64,000 nucleotides of DNA, from positions 1-64,000 of the forward strand of contig NIVC01000427.1 in NCBI GenBank assembly GCA_002269645.1, given 5' to 3'. Under the pieces are notes generated by a model. The model saw only the letters and a list, made by a program, of their open reading frames with translations. It did no database searches and was not told where the DNA came from. The stretch comes from Macrostomum lignano (Eukaryota). The position numbers were made by a program, and so were the translations under genes. Shown piece after piece: positions 38,964 to 52,000 of the stretch; the first letter of the stretch is position 1; every line of letters starts with the position of its first letter.

Positions 38964-40235
38964 ATGGCAGCAGCCAAGCCAGTAGACCTTGTGTTTGCAT
39001 TCAATACAATCCAGCTATTCGACTCCTACGGATGCGCCCTTGACAACCGAATTCTTGTCGAGGTTGCAAAAATTTTTCCTCGCCTATCAGGCGACATTCC
39101 CAACAGTCAACTAGCAGTCATCGTCACCACTAGATACCAGAATCTCGGAGCAGCCTCCGATGTCCTGGCTCAGTTTTTGACCAGCCAATTGCCCGGTGCA
39201 GGCGACTGCACTCTGCCACGGGGCCGCACCGAGCACCTGCTGAAGTTGGCGGTCGAAAAGATCTCCTGGCGCCAAGGCAGCTCGCGCGCTCTCGTCCTCG
39301 TTGACCAGCCCGTCAGCCACGACTCCTCTGCGGTTCCTCAGCTGAAGCAGCTCGGCGTCGCCGTCTATTCTGTGCACTGCGGCCCGCCTGCGCAGTCAGC
39401 TGACAGCTGCTGCAGCTTGACCTTCATGCGACACCTGGCGAATGAAACCGGCGGACTCTGCCTGCAGCTGGCTGAGCTGCGCGACCTGCCAGACTTCTTG
39501 ACCGCCGCGGCCTACCGAGCCAGCGGCAGCAGTCGCCTTCAATACGCCTACGAGTGCGAGGTCCGGTCCCGGCGCTCGCCCCACTGCGAAGCCGTCGGGA
39601 TGTTGTCGCTGGTGAGGCGCGCCTCGGCCGAGACCGTCATCCTTGACGACGAGGAATTCGGAGATGCATCGGAGACGCCAGTTGACAGGAAAACTCGGAC
39701 AGCTGTCCGGGTTGCCAGAGAGTCCTGCACAGGGCTCAGTCTCCCAGCGCCGCTAGATGAGCTCGTCTGGTCGCCTTGGCGCTTGATTGGCCGGCCGAGC
39801 CGCAGCCGCCCCGCCCTCAGAGCAGACCGGTTGTCATGGCAACCGTACAAGGGCACGAAAAGCGTCATACGCCGGTCGCTGCTGCCTGGATCGGTGGCGG
39901 GGGTCGATTCGCCGCTCACCGACGCTCCGTTGGCCGTCGAGCTGGCCGTTCAACCGCGAAGCGACAGCGCCTGCCGTTGTCCCTTGTTTGGCCGGGTGCT
40001 GGCAGCCGGTCGACCAGCCACTCTCGGCCACCTACTGGCTGGCCGGCCAACTGTCCGGGCTCAATTTCGGCGGGTGCTCAACTGCGGCATGCTTATCTTT
40101 GTCCGACTAGCCGATGCCAGTCGAATCGCATTGGCCGAGCGGCGGCTGGAGCGCGCGGTCAGCTACGCCTGGATCAGCGGCCGTCCGGTCCGACTGGCAG
40201 GCAGCTTCGTCTCTGTTGATAAATCGCGTCTGTAA
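38964..40235 (+). CDS. Degenerate vWA-domain protein with a C-terminal GIY-YIG-like domain; single coding exon, about 423 aa (ORF is open from 38835)
   Basis: vWA-like pattern PVDLVFAFNT...ISWRQGSSRALVLVD...LKQLGVAVYSVHC...FMRHLANETGGLCLQL; C-terminal WSPW...AVELAV...FRRVLNCGMLIFVR...AERRLERAVSYAW. A donor GCAG|GTAAGG near 38810 and an acceptor TTCCAATAAG|CAAATG favour the ATG at 38964. Confidence 0.75.
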   Translation: MAAAKPVDLVFAFNTIQLFDSYGCALDNRILVEVAKIFPRLSGDIPNSQLAVIVTTRYQNLGAASDVLAQFLTSQLPGAGDCTLPRGRTEHLLKLAVEKISWRQGSSRALVLVDQPVSHDSSAVPQLKQLGVAVYSVHCGPPAQSADSCCSLTFMRHLANETGGLCLQLAELRDLPDFLTAAAYRASGSSRLQYAYECEVRSRRSPHCEAVGMLSLVRRASAETVILDDEEFGDASETPVDRKTRTAVRVARESCTGLSLPAPLDELVWSPWRLIGRPSRSRPALRADRLSWQPYKGTKSVIRRSLLPGSVAGVDSPLTDAPLAVELAVQPRSDSACRCPLFGRVLAAGRPATLGHLLAGRPTVRAQFRRVLNCGMLIFVRLADASRIALAERRLERAVSYAWISGRPVRLAGSFVSVDKSRL

Positions 40236-40329
40236 TGGTAAAATCTGGCATTGAAGTTTGCTCTGTGCCTGGCTTTGACAACGCAATCTGAATTAGCAAA
40301 TTAGCTGGCCTCCGCTCCTTCAGGGGCAG

Positions 40330-40830
40330 CTGCTGTCCCTGTCCCCGCTGCTTCAGTGACTGCTGCTGTCCCTGTCCCCGCTGCTTCAGTGACTGCTGCT
40401 GTCCCTGTCCCCGCTGCTTCAGTGACTGCTGCTGTCCCTGTCCCCGCTGCTTCAGTGACTGCTGCTGTCCCTGTCCCCGCTGCTTCAGTGACTGCTGCTG
40501 TCCCTGTCCCCGCTGCTTCAGTGACTGCTGCTGTCCCTGTCCCCGCTGCTTCAGTGACTCCTGCTGTCCCTGTCCCCGCTGCTTCAGTGACTCCTGCTGT
40601 CCCTGTCCCCGCTGCTTCAGTGACTCCTGCTGTCCCTGTCCCCGCTGCTTCAGTGACTCCTGCTGTCCCTGTCCCCGCTGCTTTAGTGACTCCTGCTGTC
40701 CCTGTCCCCGCTGCTTCAGTGACTCCTGCTGTCCCTGTCCCCGCTGCTTCAGTGACTCCTGCTGTCCCTGTCCCCGCTGCTTCAGTGACTCCTGCTGTCC
40801 CTGTCCCCGCTGCTTCAGTGACTGCTGCTA
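40330..40830. repeat. 33-bp minisatellite, about 15 copies
   Basis: Unit GCTGTCCCTGTCCCCGCTGCTTCAGTGACT(G/C)CT, about 95 bp after the vWA gene stop. Confidence 0.96.
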
Positions 40831-41295
40831 CCCTTTTGGTGGTGAATTTTAGAAAACAACTTGTTTTAAGCTTCAGCTGATGGTGCCAGTCTTGTAAAAT
40901 GATGTCTTTGTATCAAATTTTATACTGTGTTTAAAAGTCTTCAGGAACTGCGTATTTGTAGTATGGGTTGTCATTCGTGTAGTTAATTTGCTGAATTTCA
41001 TTTCTTTGCAACGCGAGCTCCATATTCAGTAAAACTGTTTGAGATCTACAACTCGACAACAGGCTTAGTTTTTGTGATGATTTTTTTGTCTGAAGTACCA
41101 TTGCATTAAATGCTGCCAAAGTTGAATTGTGAATGAAGCAAGTGCACTGAAATTATTACATTGCTGAAAATTATAATCTTTGCTATGACGTGCAAAATGG
41201 AGCAGGAATGTGTTTCTTCATTTTTTCGCAATACTTAATTATAGGCCCTCCTCATGCTCAAATTCGCTTGCAGCCTCATAAGTTTGGTTTCCAGT

Positions 41296-41510
41296 CTCCC
41301 AGATCCGCAGTTGCTGGGCCAGCCTCCCAGATCATCAGTTGCTGGGCCAACCTTCCAGATCCTCAGTTGCTGGTCCAGCCTCCCAGATCCTCAGTTGCTG
41401 GTCCAGCCTCCCAGATTCTCAGTTGCTGGGCCAGCCTCCCAGATCCCTAGTTGCTGGGCCAGCCTCCCAGATCCTCAGTTGCTGAGCCAACCTCCCATGC
41501 AGATCCCCAG
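41296..41510. repeat. 28-bp minisatellite, about 7 copies
   Basis: Unit CCAGATCCTCAGTTGCTGG(G/T)CCAGCCTC. Confidence 0.9.
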
Positions 41511-42421
41511 TTTCAGCTTGAAATCGGATCGCTATTCCAAACGAAAATAAACCAAAACTGAACATTTGAATGTCAGTGCAGTGTCCGTGCGACTGTATTG
41601 AGATTCGTTCAAATAAACCAATAAATTGTTCAGGTGCAAGGTTAACACAAAAATTGTAGTCATGTACACGTAGAACTGCAGTGAACTGTCAGACAGAAAA
41701 GTGCTGCACGGTTTGCAAGTTCGCATGGGTTTGGAAATTAATAATCTAAGACAAAAGTTGCGACTCACAACTGTAATGCAAGTACAGTATTTTGTACACA
41801 TAAACAAAACATAGGGGTTTAGCTCAATCGGCAAAATTAGTTCGCATAGGGTGACGAGTGTGGAGGCAAGTTACTGGTTCTTGGAAATAATGAATTGAAA
41901 ACAAAGGAAAACGCAAAAAATTGCTTTTTTAAGCTCGAACATTTGTATGGACCACATAGAGATAGAATATAGAAACAATTATAATTACAAAATACGCAAC
42001 AAAAGCTATGGATATTGCTGAAAGTAGTGCAAACATCGTGTATAAAAAAGTTTAAATTTGCACTCTCTCGCACACGGGTGTTGAAAGAGTGAGGTGGCAA
42101 GTGTTGCTTCGATATAAGCGATATTGTTAATTCATCAAGATTGAACAGTTATGTTAAACGTAGGTTTGAATATTCGACAGATAGCTAGATTGTCACTGCA
42201 ATGGTTAATTCGTTTAACTAGAACCGCTTGACAACAGTGAGGTTAAAAATTCGGTAGCTTTACTGAGAATTCATTTTCTTTAGACGCAACAGCGTTTTGT
42301 AGAAAAAAATCTTGGTACTGCATGATAATATGTGAAGTTCTCAGATATTAATTTGTTCAGTCATGGTGCATATTAACGCTAAGTTATGTCCGTTCTCATC
42401 TTGGTTATTAGCCTAGAGTCA

Positions 42422-42912
42422 CTTGATCTGCCTTACCGCTCCCTCAGTGTCCTTGAATCTGCCTCTCCGCTCCCTCAGTGTCCTTGAATCTGCCTCTCCG
42501 CTCCCTCAGTGTCCTTGAATCTGCCTCTCCGCTCCCTCAGTGTCCTTGAATCTGCCTCTCCGCTCCCTCAGTGTCCTTGAATCTGCCTCTCCGCTCCCTC
42601 AGTGTCCTTGAATCTGCCTCTCCGCTCCCTCAGTGTCCTTGAATCTGCCTCTCCGCTCCCTCAGTGTCCTTGAATCTGCCTCTCCGCTCCCTCAGTGTCC
42701 TTGAATCTGCCTCTCCCTTCCCTCAGTGTCCTTGAATCTGCCTCTCCCTTCCCTCAGTGTCCTTGAATCTGCCTCTCCGCTCCCTCAGTGTCCTTGAATC
42801 TGCCTCTCCCTTCCCTCAGTGTCCTTGAATCTGCCTCTCCGCTCCCTCAGTGTCCTTGAATCTGCCTCTCCGCTCCCTCAGTGTCCTTGAATCTGCCTCT
42901 CCGCTCCCTCAG
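42422..42912. repeat. 31-bp minisatellite, about 16 copies
   Basis: Unit CCGCTCCCTCAGTGTCCTTGAATCTGCCTCT, downstream of the frizzled stop. Confidence 0.96.
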
Positions 42913-43052
42913 TTGTTGCAAACACACCGTGAGAACGCTAGCAAAAGTACAAATCACTGATAAGACGGCTTCAGCCGAACTTATTGGCAGAACTCCAGTC
43001 AGTTTCTGTGTCGGGTACACAAAAAGCAGCAAAAATGCCAACACCATCGCAT

Positions 43053-46000
43053 TCACACCTGCGACATGTGACCCGGCATTGGTGGCAGCGGCGGCAGCGG
43101 CGGCAGAGGCGGGTGTCCCGGAGCCACATTGAATTTATAATACGGCCTCGGATCTGCCGAGTGCATCGCGCGCGGCTGACAGCAAAACAGGCGGTAGAAA
43201 AACGAGCGCCAAGTCTGCAGAGTCTTGCCAGACCAGACCCACACACCGCTGGTGATGCCAACGGCCAGCTGCATGAACTGGCGCAGCATGAACACGCCGT
43301 ACTCTGGCTCCGGAGCCGGCGCCTGGTTCTGGCCGAGGCAGCGGCAGGTTTTGCCTCTCAGCCAGGCCTCGCGCAGCTGGGCTTCGTAGAAATGGCAGGC
43401 GATCACCACGCAGGCTGGCAGGGTGTACAGGATGGAGAAGATCCCGATGCGGATCATCAGCTTCTCCAGCTTGTAGGTCTTGGCGCAGGCCTGCTGCTTG
43501 ATCACAGAACGGATGCGGAATAGCGCCACAAAGCCAGTGAGCAGGAAGGCGCTGCCCAGTAACAGGTAGGTCACCATGGGAGCCAGCACGAACACCTGCA
43601 GAGCTGTGAGGCTGGTGTTCCCGACGGAGCAGATACCGGATATTGGATCGCCGTCAACCAATGAGAAGGTGAGAGCCAGGATGAACTGCACGATGGGCAG
43701 GAGCCAGGCAATGCCGTGGAACACCTGTTTGAAGGAGTTTTGTTTTTGTTTTCTTTATTGTAATTACCATTAGTTACATGGACCTAGTGAGCCCAGCAAC
43801 ACACTCAAATACACAAAAACACCCTCAGATACACAACAACACACTCAGATACACAGCAGCACACTCAGATACACAGCAGCACACTCAGATACACAGCAAC
43901 AGACTCAGATACACAGCAACACACTCAGATGCACCGCAGCACACTCAGATACACAGCAACACACTCAGATACACAACAGCACACTAATATACACAGAAGC
44001 AGACTCAGATACACCGCAGCACACTCAGATACACAGCAACAGACTCAGATACACAGCAGCACACTCAGATACACAGAAGCACACTCAGATAAGATGCGAC
44101 AAACCTCGCTGTATTTGGCGATGGCCTCGCTGCCCCACTTGAGCCCGGCCGCCAGGAACCAGGCCACGCACAGCATGACCCACCACACGCAGCTGGCCAT
44201 GCCGAACAAGTAGGTCAGCAGGAACACCACGGTGCACAGCCAGGGCCCGGTGGAGCCGTAGCGCAACAGTCGACCATCGCAAGCGATGGCATCCCGCCCG
44301 ACAGCCAGTCGCAGGATGTAGCCGGCTGACACCATCATGTAGCAGGCGGACATCATCACGATGGGCCGCTCTGGATAGCTGAACCGTCTGGTGTCCAGCA
44401 GGAAGGTGAGCACAGTCAGGGTTGAACTGGCCGCGCACAGAATCGACCAGATGCCCATCCAGACGGTGGCCAGCTGCGACCTGTCGGCGAAGAAGGCGCC
44501 CTCGCAGGGCAGAGCGCAGTTGTCAACTCCACCAGTGTGCACCCGATTATAGTAGCCCTGATCCGCCTCGGTGAGCGTCACCAACGGCTTGCGGCACTTG
44601 CAGTCGCATTCAATGCCGAACGTTGACGACGGCGAATCCGGATCAGCCGGCGGCAGAGTCGGATCGGAGGACAGCGGCTCCGGAGTCTTGCTGCTGCTCT
44701 GCTGCGTGTTGTTGACGTCCATGCACAGGATGTCCGGATCGCCGAATACTGCGGGTTTCATAGATTCATTTATTGATTTCTCGTCCAAGAATAGTTTTAG
44801 AATCTTTTACTAGCTGGAAAGCTCGTATCTTCAAAAAGTGTATAGATAAGACAATTCGTAGACAGAAACACTCTATTTTCTTAGAAATGAGCTGGAAACC
44901 CGATAGGAATATCGATTTGTGGCATCGCTGGTGCATTTAGTTTGCTCTACTAGAGAACTTATGGCGTTGAATGGGATTTAGCCATAGACAAATTCGACGG
45001 AGAGAGATCCGCGCTAGAAAAATCCAATTCCTACACGAAACCTGGGACTCTGTAACTTTTTGACACGAATTTGAATTTGAACCCTCTGTACTACTAACAA
45101 CGGGTTAGTAGACTAGTACGGTACTTGAGTCTTATAGAAAAATAAGTTACATGGCTAAAAAATTTTACACTTAAATTAATTTTATCCATCAAGATTGACA
45201 GATACGCCAGCACGTGACCTGCATTTAGCGGCAGTAACAGCAGCAACTCGACCCCCGATTTCCAGATCCGAAACCATTAGGGGCCGCTCGCGAACTGAAT
45301 TTGAGACGACTAAAAAAGAGCGGGACGAGCAGCAGAAGCCCCGATTGATGGAGAGACAGGTCCAGACTCCATGAAACAAAATTGGAGAATCAGAGAAAAG
45401 ATTGCCGAACGAGATATGAATCCAGTTATATGATGAAGCTAAGCAAGATTTGAGATAGAATTACCCAGCTTTTTGAGATCTCTTTGTGCTCTAGCTGGGA
45501 GCCGTCGGCAGGTAGCTGGGTCCCTCAAGCCTGCGCAGGATTCAATCGATAGACTTGCAAAAAAAACCAGAAGAAAGGTATAGAAAAAGCGCCGAAGAGG
45601 CAGACAAGCAAGAGGAAGAGACCCCGAGCCGCGGGGGGAGGGGGGTTGCACAAGGTAAGCCGATCTCATTCCGTGTTCACCCTGCAGGGGCAGTTTGGGA
45701 TTTCAAGGGAAGCTGGAGGAGCAGCAGGGGGATGAGGGAAGGATTCGCGCTAATGAGCCGGGCAGCCGTGAGTCCGCTGAGATAGGGATCGGGCACGGAG
45801 CATTTCTAGAAACAAGAAAGAGAAGGTGGATGGAACAGAGAGAGAGGGTGGAGAGAGGAAGGTCGATAAGCAGTAAGAAGAAGAAGAAGAGGTTCGACAA
45901 AATTGCTGCAAAAAATCGATCGAAAAAATCGTCACATCACCGTCTCTCTCACCTGAGCTCGCCCCGGACCAGCCTCCGCCCGCCTCATCATCTTCAGTCT

Positions 46001-49000
46001 CCCCACATTCCCGAAGCCATAGCCCCTAGAGCCGTCGCCCTGGCAACCCCGCGACAAGGCCAAGGGATGAGTGATTCTACTCAATTGAGAAAGGTGGGAA
46101 ATTCTTTCCCCAAATTTTGCCCACTCAAGCTCTACGGGAGAAAATTGCGTGCGTAGAGAAACTTCTTTCTCTCTTCATCTCCCCCTCTCTTACTTCCTCT
46201 CAAGTCTAAAATTCTTCCCGCCCCTTCCTTCGGCTCAGCTTCTTAGTCATCATCGGGCATCATCTTCGGCTTCTCATATTTTTAAACCGCCCCTTCCCCT
46301 CCCCGCTTCAACCTGGAAACATTTTGAGTGCAGAGCTTTTAATGCAGCGCCAGGGCAGAAGAGGTTCAGCAGCAGGAGCAGCAGAAGCAGCAGACGAAGA
46401 AGCGGAAAGACGCCGTGGGCTACCGCTTTTTTCTCCTCAGTCTCAAGCATACTCCACGCCGGATGGTCGGCATGGCTACCCTACCCTGCCTTCCTGCTAT
46501 GCCCCTTTCCTAATTCTAGTTTCTCTTCAATCTAGTTAGTGCCAATTTCTAATAGTAGAATGTAGATAACGATTTTAGTATAATGGACTAGCAATCACCG
46601 CCCCCCCCCGTTGGGGGAGGCAACAAAGAAAGGAATGAAAATGTTTGAATAAACTATACAAGTAGCATTTGACCTTGTACAGTCACTATTGTTAGTATCC
46701 TAAAGAAAATCATGCTTTAAGCAAAAAATCATCACCATTGAAGTCCAGCTATCTAGCCTAAGATATCAGCATCCCCTGTGAGCATTGGCATCAAAGCTTC
46801 CCTTTAAGCCGTGGCTTAACCCTAACTCTCCCTTCGATCTACCTTTGCTCGGTCTACCAACAACTTTCAATTGATCCTTTGGCATTTCAACCCCCCATGA
46901 GCCACAGAATTTCAACGACCCCCTCCCCGTGAGCCCGGACATCTCGTGCTGTTTAAATATTATTATTTACCACTAAAATTTTATGCCAGGTGCAAATATA
47001 GAATCCTCAAGGTGTTCAGCTGATCCACTTTGACCCAGTCTGGGTCCGCCACTGCTTAATACTCACTGCCTTCATACTCGAAACTGCCTCGTCACTTTTA
47101 CCAAGCTTCGATGATTTATGAAAGTGTGATTTATCAGCTCCAACAGACTGACCTGTCGGTCAGTTCCGGCTTGTCCTGACAGTCGCTGACATTCAATTCG
47201 TCAAAACTAATTTCCTACCTGCCTACCGAAAGTCGGGCTTGAAAGCGGACGAGAGGATGACGGGGATTAGACAGGCTCGATGGGATGTTTCCCTCCCCAA
47301 AGCTGCCCCGCCTGCCCGTCAGCCACCTCATCAAAGCTGGCAGAGTGACAAACTCATTTTTGTCACTTTCCCCTCCGCCCTCGCTTCCCCTTCTCATCCC
47401 TCCTGGCGCCCGCGCTGCTCCCACCTTCCCCGAGATCCCACGCGTCCTCGCCCTCCCTCATCCCGGCCTGCCTGTCTCGCGTGTTTAGGGATGATGAGGA
47501 ACAAACAGAGAGGCTGCTCTGAGGCTAGGCTTAGAGGGAATTTGGGATATTTGCGAATTGAAAAAATACACAGAGAGAGAGCGCACAACAATTCCTCTCT
47601 CCGCCCTCTGTTAAAAAGCCAAAGCTTTTCTCGCCTTCATCTAAGCTCGCCCCTTCGCCATGCGACTCGCTTCCTCCCACCCTCTCCTTTCCTCCCCGTG
47701 CCCTCGGAGGCGGAGGCCGCCATCTTTTAGCGTGTCTCTTTAATCCCGACTTCCCCGCGAGGCCACGCCCAAGCAGAGCATTTTGCCATGAGCTTGCACT
47801 CGATTCTCTCCCCCTCTGAACTGCTGCATTAGCAGGTGAGTGCGGCCTGAGACCTGCAGTAAAGTCTGCCCCCAGCTGCATGGCTGAGAGATGATTGAAA
47901 GGAGGCAAGCGAGAGTAGAATATGATGAAGAACGGAGGCGGGGAGAGGAGAGGCTTCAGGCTCTTCACTGGGATTTTCGTGCGTGCTGGCGGATTCTCGC
48001 GTCCTTCCTTTCTGAGTTCTTCGAATTCCGACTTCCTTCTTAGATTTTTGTACCTGTCCGCTGTGCTCTTCTACTAGGAGATCGAGTGCTTTCCATCTGT
48101 ACAAGATACTAATACTTTCTACTCTGTACCAGATGCGAGGGTACCCTGTACCAGCTGCGAGTACCCTGTACCAGATGCGAGTACCCTGTACCAGATGTGA
48201 GTACCCTGTACCAGATGCGAGTACCCTGTACCAGATGCGAGTACCCTGTACCAGCTGCGAGTACCCTGTACCAGATGCGAGTACCCTGTACCAGCTGCGA
48301 GTCACCCTGTACCAGATGCGAGTACCCTGTATCAGATGCGAGTACCCTGTACCAGATGCGAGTACCCTGTACCAGCTGCGAGTACCCTGTACCAGATGCG
48401 AGTACCCTGTACCAAATGCGAGTACCCTGTACCAGCTGCGAGTACCCTGTACCAGCGCCGCTTACCAGGCAGTCTGGAGCAGTCCATGTGCTCAGGCCAG
48501 CTGAACCCGTATTGCCGCATGAGGGGCGCGCAGCCGCTCCTGGCCCTCTCGCAGACTGACCGACAGACGGGCAGGTGTTTGTCGTAGTTTTGAATGCAAA
48601 TCGGTGCATAGATGCTGCATAGGAAGAAGCGCAGATCTTGGCTGCAGCCAATTTCAATTAGTGGCCAGAATTGATGCACCTGTACAGAAAGCAGGGGGGC
48701 TTTGCTTTGAAATTTAAATAGGTTAACAATCAGAACAGAACAGCAGATACAGAAACGGACAGAACAAAGATACAGAGAACCGGACAGAACAGAAGACACA
48801 GAACCGGACAGAACAGCAGACACAGAACCGGACAGAACAGAGGATGCAGAACCGGACAGAACAAAGATACAGAGAACCGGACAGAACAGAAGATACAGAG
48901 AAACGGACAGAACAGAAGATGCAGAACCGGACAGAACAGAAAATACAGAGAACCGGACAGAACAGAAGATACAGAGAACCGGACGGAAAAGAAGATACAG

Positions 49001-52000
49001 AGAACCGGACAGAACAGAAGATACACAGAACCGGACGGAAAAGAAGATACAGAGAACCGGACAGAACAGAAGATACAGAGAACCGGACAGAACAGAAGAT
49101 ACAGAGAACCGGACGGAAAAGAAGATACAGAGAACCGGACAGAACAGAAGATACAGAGAACCGGACAGAACAGAAGATACAGAGAACCGGACAGAACAGA
49201 AGATGCAGAACCAGACAGAACAGAAGATACAGAGAACCGGACAGAACAGAAGATACAGAGAACCAGACAGAACAGAAGATACACAGAACCGGACAGAACA
49301 GAAGATACAGAGAACCGGACAGAACAGAAGATACAGAGAACCGGACAGAACAGAAGATACAGAGAACCGGACAGAACAGAAGATACAGAGAACCGGACAG
49401 AACAGAAGATACAGAGAACCGGACAGAACAGAAGATACAGAGAACCGGACGGAAAAGAAGATACAGAGAACCGGACAGAACAGAAGATACAGAGAACCGG
49501 ACAGAACAGAAGATACAGAGAACCGGACAGAACAGAAGATACAGAGAACCGGACGGAAAAGAAGATACAGAGAACCGGACAGAACAGAAGATACAGAGAA
49601 CCGGACGGAAAAGAAGATACAGAGAACCGGACAGAACAGAAGATACAGAGAACCGGACGGAAAAGAAGATACAGAGAACCGGACAGAACAGAAGATACAG
49701 AGCCGGGCAGTAATTTCCAATTCCAGATTCCAATCAACAAACATTGAATAGATAAATTCTACCCGAAGGAATTCTGCCAGGCGGGGACCCAGAGAATCGA
49801 TAAAAATCAATGCCCCCAATACGCTTAAAAAGACCCGCAGCGTAGCGATCAATCGATAATAACAATTTCAATGCCTAATTCGGTTTGGGAAAATTTCTCA
49901 AATGAGTTAGCAGTCAGTCAATCAGTTGGTCCTCAAGCAGGAAGCGGGGCAAATTTTAAGGCGTGACAGAAGCAGGAAGAAGAGCGTGTTGGAGCTGCGA
50001 CATTGTGCGTGCTTTATGACTGCGGGGTTGCGGAGGAAGCTAACTGAAGAAGAGTCGGGCAGACAGAGTGAGCGAATATTCGTTCGATAAGCCAAACGCC
50101 TTATTAGCGAGTAGCTATAAGGGATGGGGCGAAGAGAGTTGATTGAGTTCGGCGGGCAGGGTGTGGGGTGGGGGAGTGAGTGTCCCCAGCAGCATCCTGC
50201 GAAAATGCTGCATCTCTACTCTGCATCTTGCTCTAATGCTTCTAAAGCTTTGGCATGTCCCCCCCTCCCGGCCAACCGACCCGACCCGAGCAGCAGAGGC
50301 TAAAGAGAGAGAAAGGAAGAAAGAGATAGAGAAGCTCCGAGGGAAAGCGGATGAAGAACGCCCCGCTGCCCTCCCCCCCCGTCTCTAGGGGTAAGCTGCG
50401 GCAACTTCGGCCAACACGAATCTTATATATACATACTGTATATACTGCTCAGGGCCTGGCCAGAGCTTGTGCTGCATGGCATGTGGGGGATGGGAGCGAA
50501 TCATCGGATTGGCATTAGGGCCCGGCCGTGGCGAGCAGCGCGTGTATATAGTAGTGAAAATAAATCAGTTCCCAAATCCCCTGCTTGAGCTCCCCTGCGG
50601 CTGTCGTTTCCTCTGGCTTCCTCGCAGCTTTGCCACTTCTGCTGCTGACTGTTGGTTAGAGAAATCTGCTGCTTCTGCTTCCGCAAACTGCTGCTTTTTT
50701 GAGATAAAAAATTACACAAAAAATCCGAAAGCTAAAAAGGTCAAAGTCGCCTAAATCGCCTCAAATTCAGAGCCTGAATCGCCCCTAATTCAGTGCCTAA
50801 ATCGCCCCTAATTTAGTGTCTAAATCTCCTTTAATTTAGTGTCTAAATCACTCCGAATTCAGTGCCTAAATCTCCTCTAATTCAGTGCCTGAAACACCCC
50901 TAATTCAGTGCCTGAAACACCCCTAATTCAGTGTCTAAATCGCCCCTAATTCAATGACTAAACCCCCCTAATTCAGCGTCTAAATCGCCCCTAATTCAGT
51001 GCCTGAATCACCCCTAATTCAGTGTCTAAATCGCCCCTAATTCAATGACTAAACCCCCCCCCTAATTCAGCGTCTAAATCGCCCCTAATTCAGTGCCTGA
51101 ATCACCCCTAATTCAGTGTCTAAATCGCCCCGAATTCAGTGCCTGAATCGCCCCTAATTCAGTGTCTAAATCGCCCCGATTTCAGTGTCTGAATCGCCCT
51201 CTAGTAGTATCTCTAAATCGCTAAACGGAGCGATAAAAGGAATGTGAGATGAGCAAGTTCTGATAGCTATCAAACCTTTTAAGTTTGCGGATGTGCGGGT
51301 TAAGTCTAAACAATAGAATACAATAATACAATAGCTTTATACAAAAGATAATTGTCCTACTAATGGGTTATATAAGCAACTAAAAGATAGAGACCGACTG
51401 TGTGGATCACGTGACTCAATTATTACGCAGTGGGTCTTTGTCCACTAAGCATATAGAGAAGAATAATAGACAGAGCAGAGACTGAGGGGTGCGAAGCGAG
51501 ACTTTCGAGTTAGAGAGAGGCGAGCTGGAGTACTCCGCCAGCTCGATAATGCCAGAGGAATGATGATGTAACCCTAAGCACATGTGGGCTTGCCAGCGGG
51601 GGGTGGGTGGGGTTGGCATTGCCAGAGGGTGATTTCGGGGGGCTCTTCAACCGGCATAGAAGGGCTTTGCTTTTATTCATTCATTCATTCATTCCCCGAA
51701 AATTCTGTCTAACGGAGAACTGGCGACAGAATTTGGGAGACGGAACAGACGTTGCTTTTAATAAAGAGCGAACGAATATTATGCATATGTATATACAGAC
51801 AGCAAAGCTATAGCGAAACGGAGGGCACTTGAGACGGTGGGGGGTCCTTGAAAGGCCGCCCTCCCCCCAGATGTTGCCCAGGACTCCGGTGGGGCAGGGG
51901 GGGGGACCCCCCGCTGAGCAGACGTCGGCGGCGAAGGTGCCTCCCGCCCATGGAGCCGCGGAGATGCACATGCAGAGAAGAGGAAAGAAAATTAATAGGA

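Noticed and set aside
40356-40880. 174-aa TAAVPVPAASV ORF as a secreted adhesive protein
   Set aside because: No signal peptide or ATG start; it is simply a 33-bp array. Inclusion as an alternative exon cannot be excluded without RNA data, but there is no support.
48332-49852. 506-aa and 336-aa hydrophobic ORFs
   Set aside because: Read-through of the 26-bp array into frizzled exon 2.
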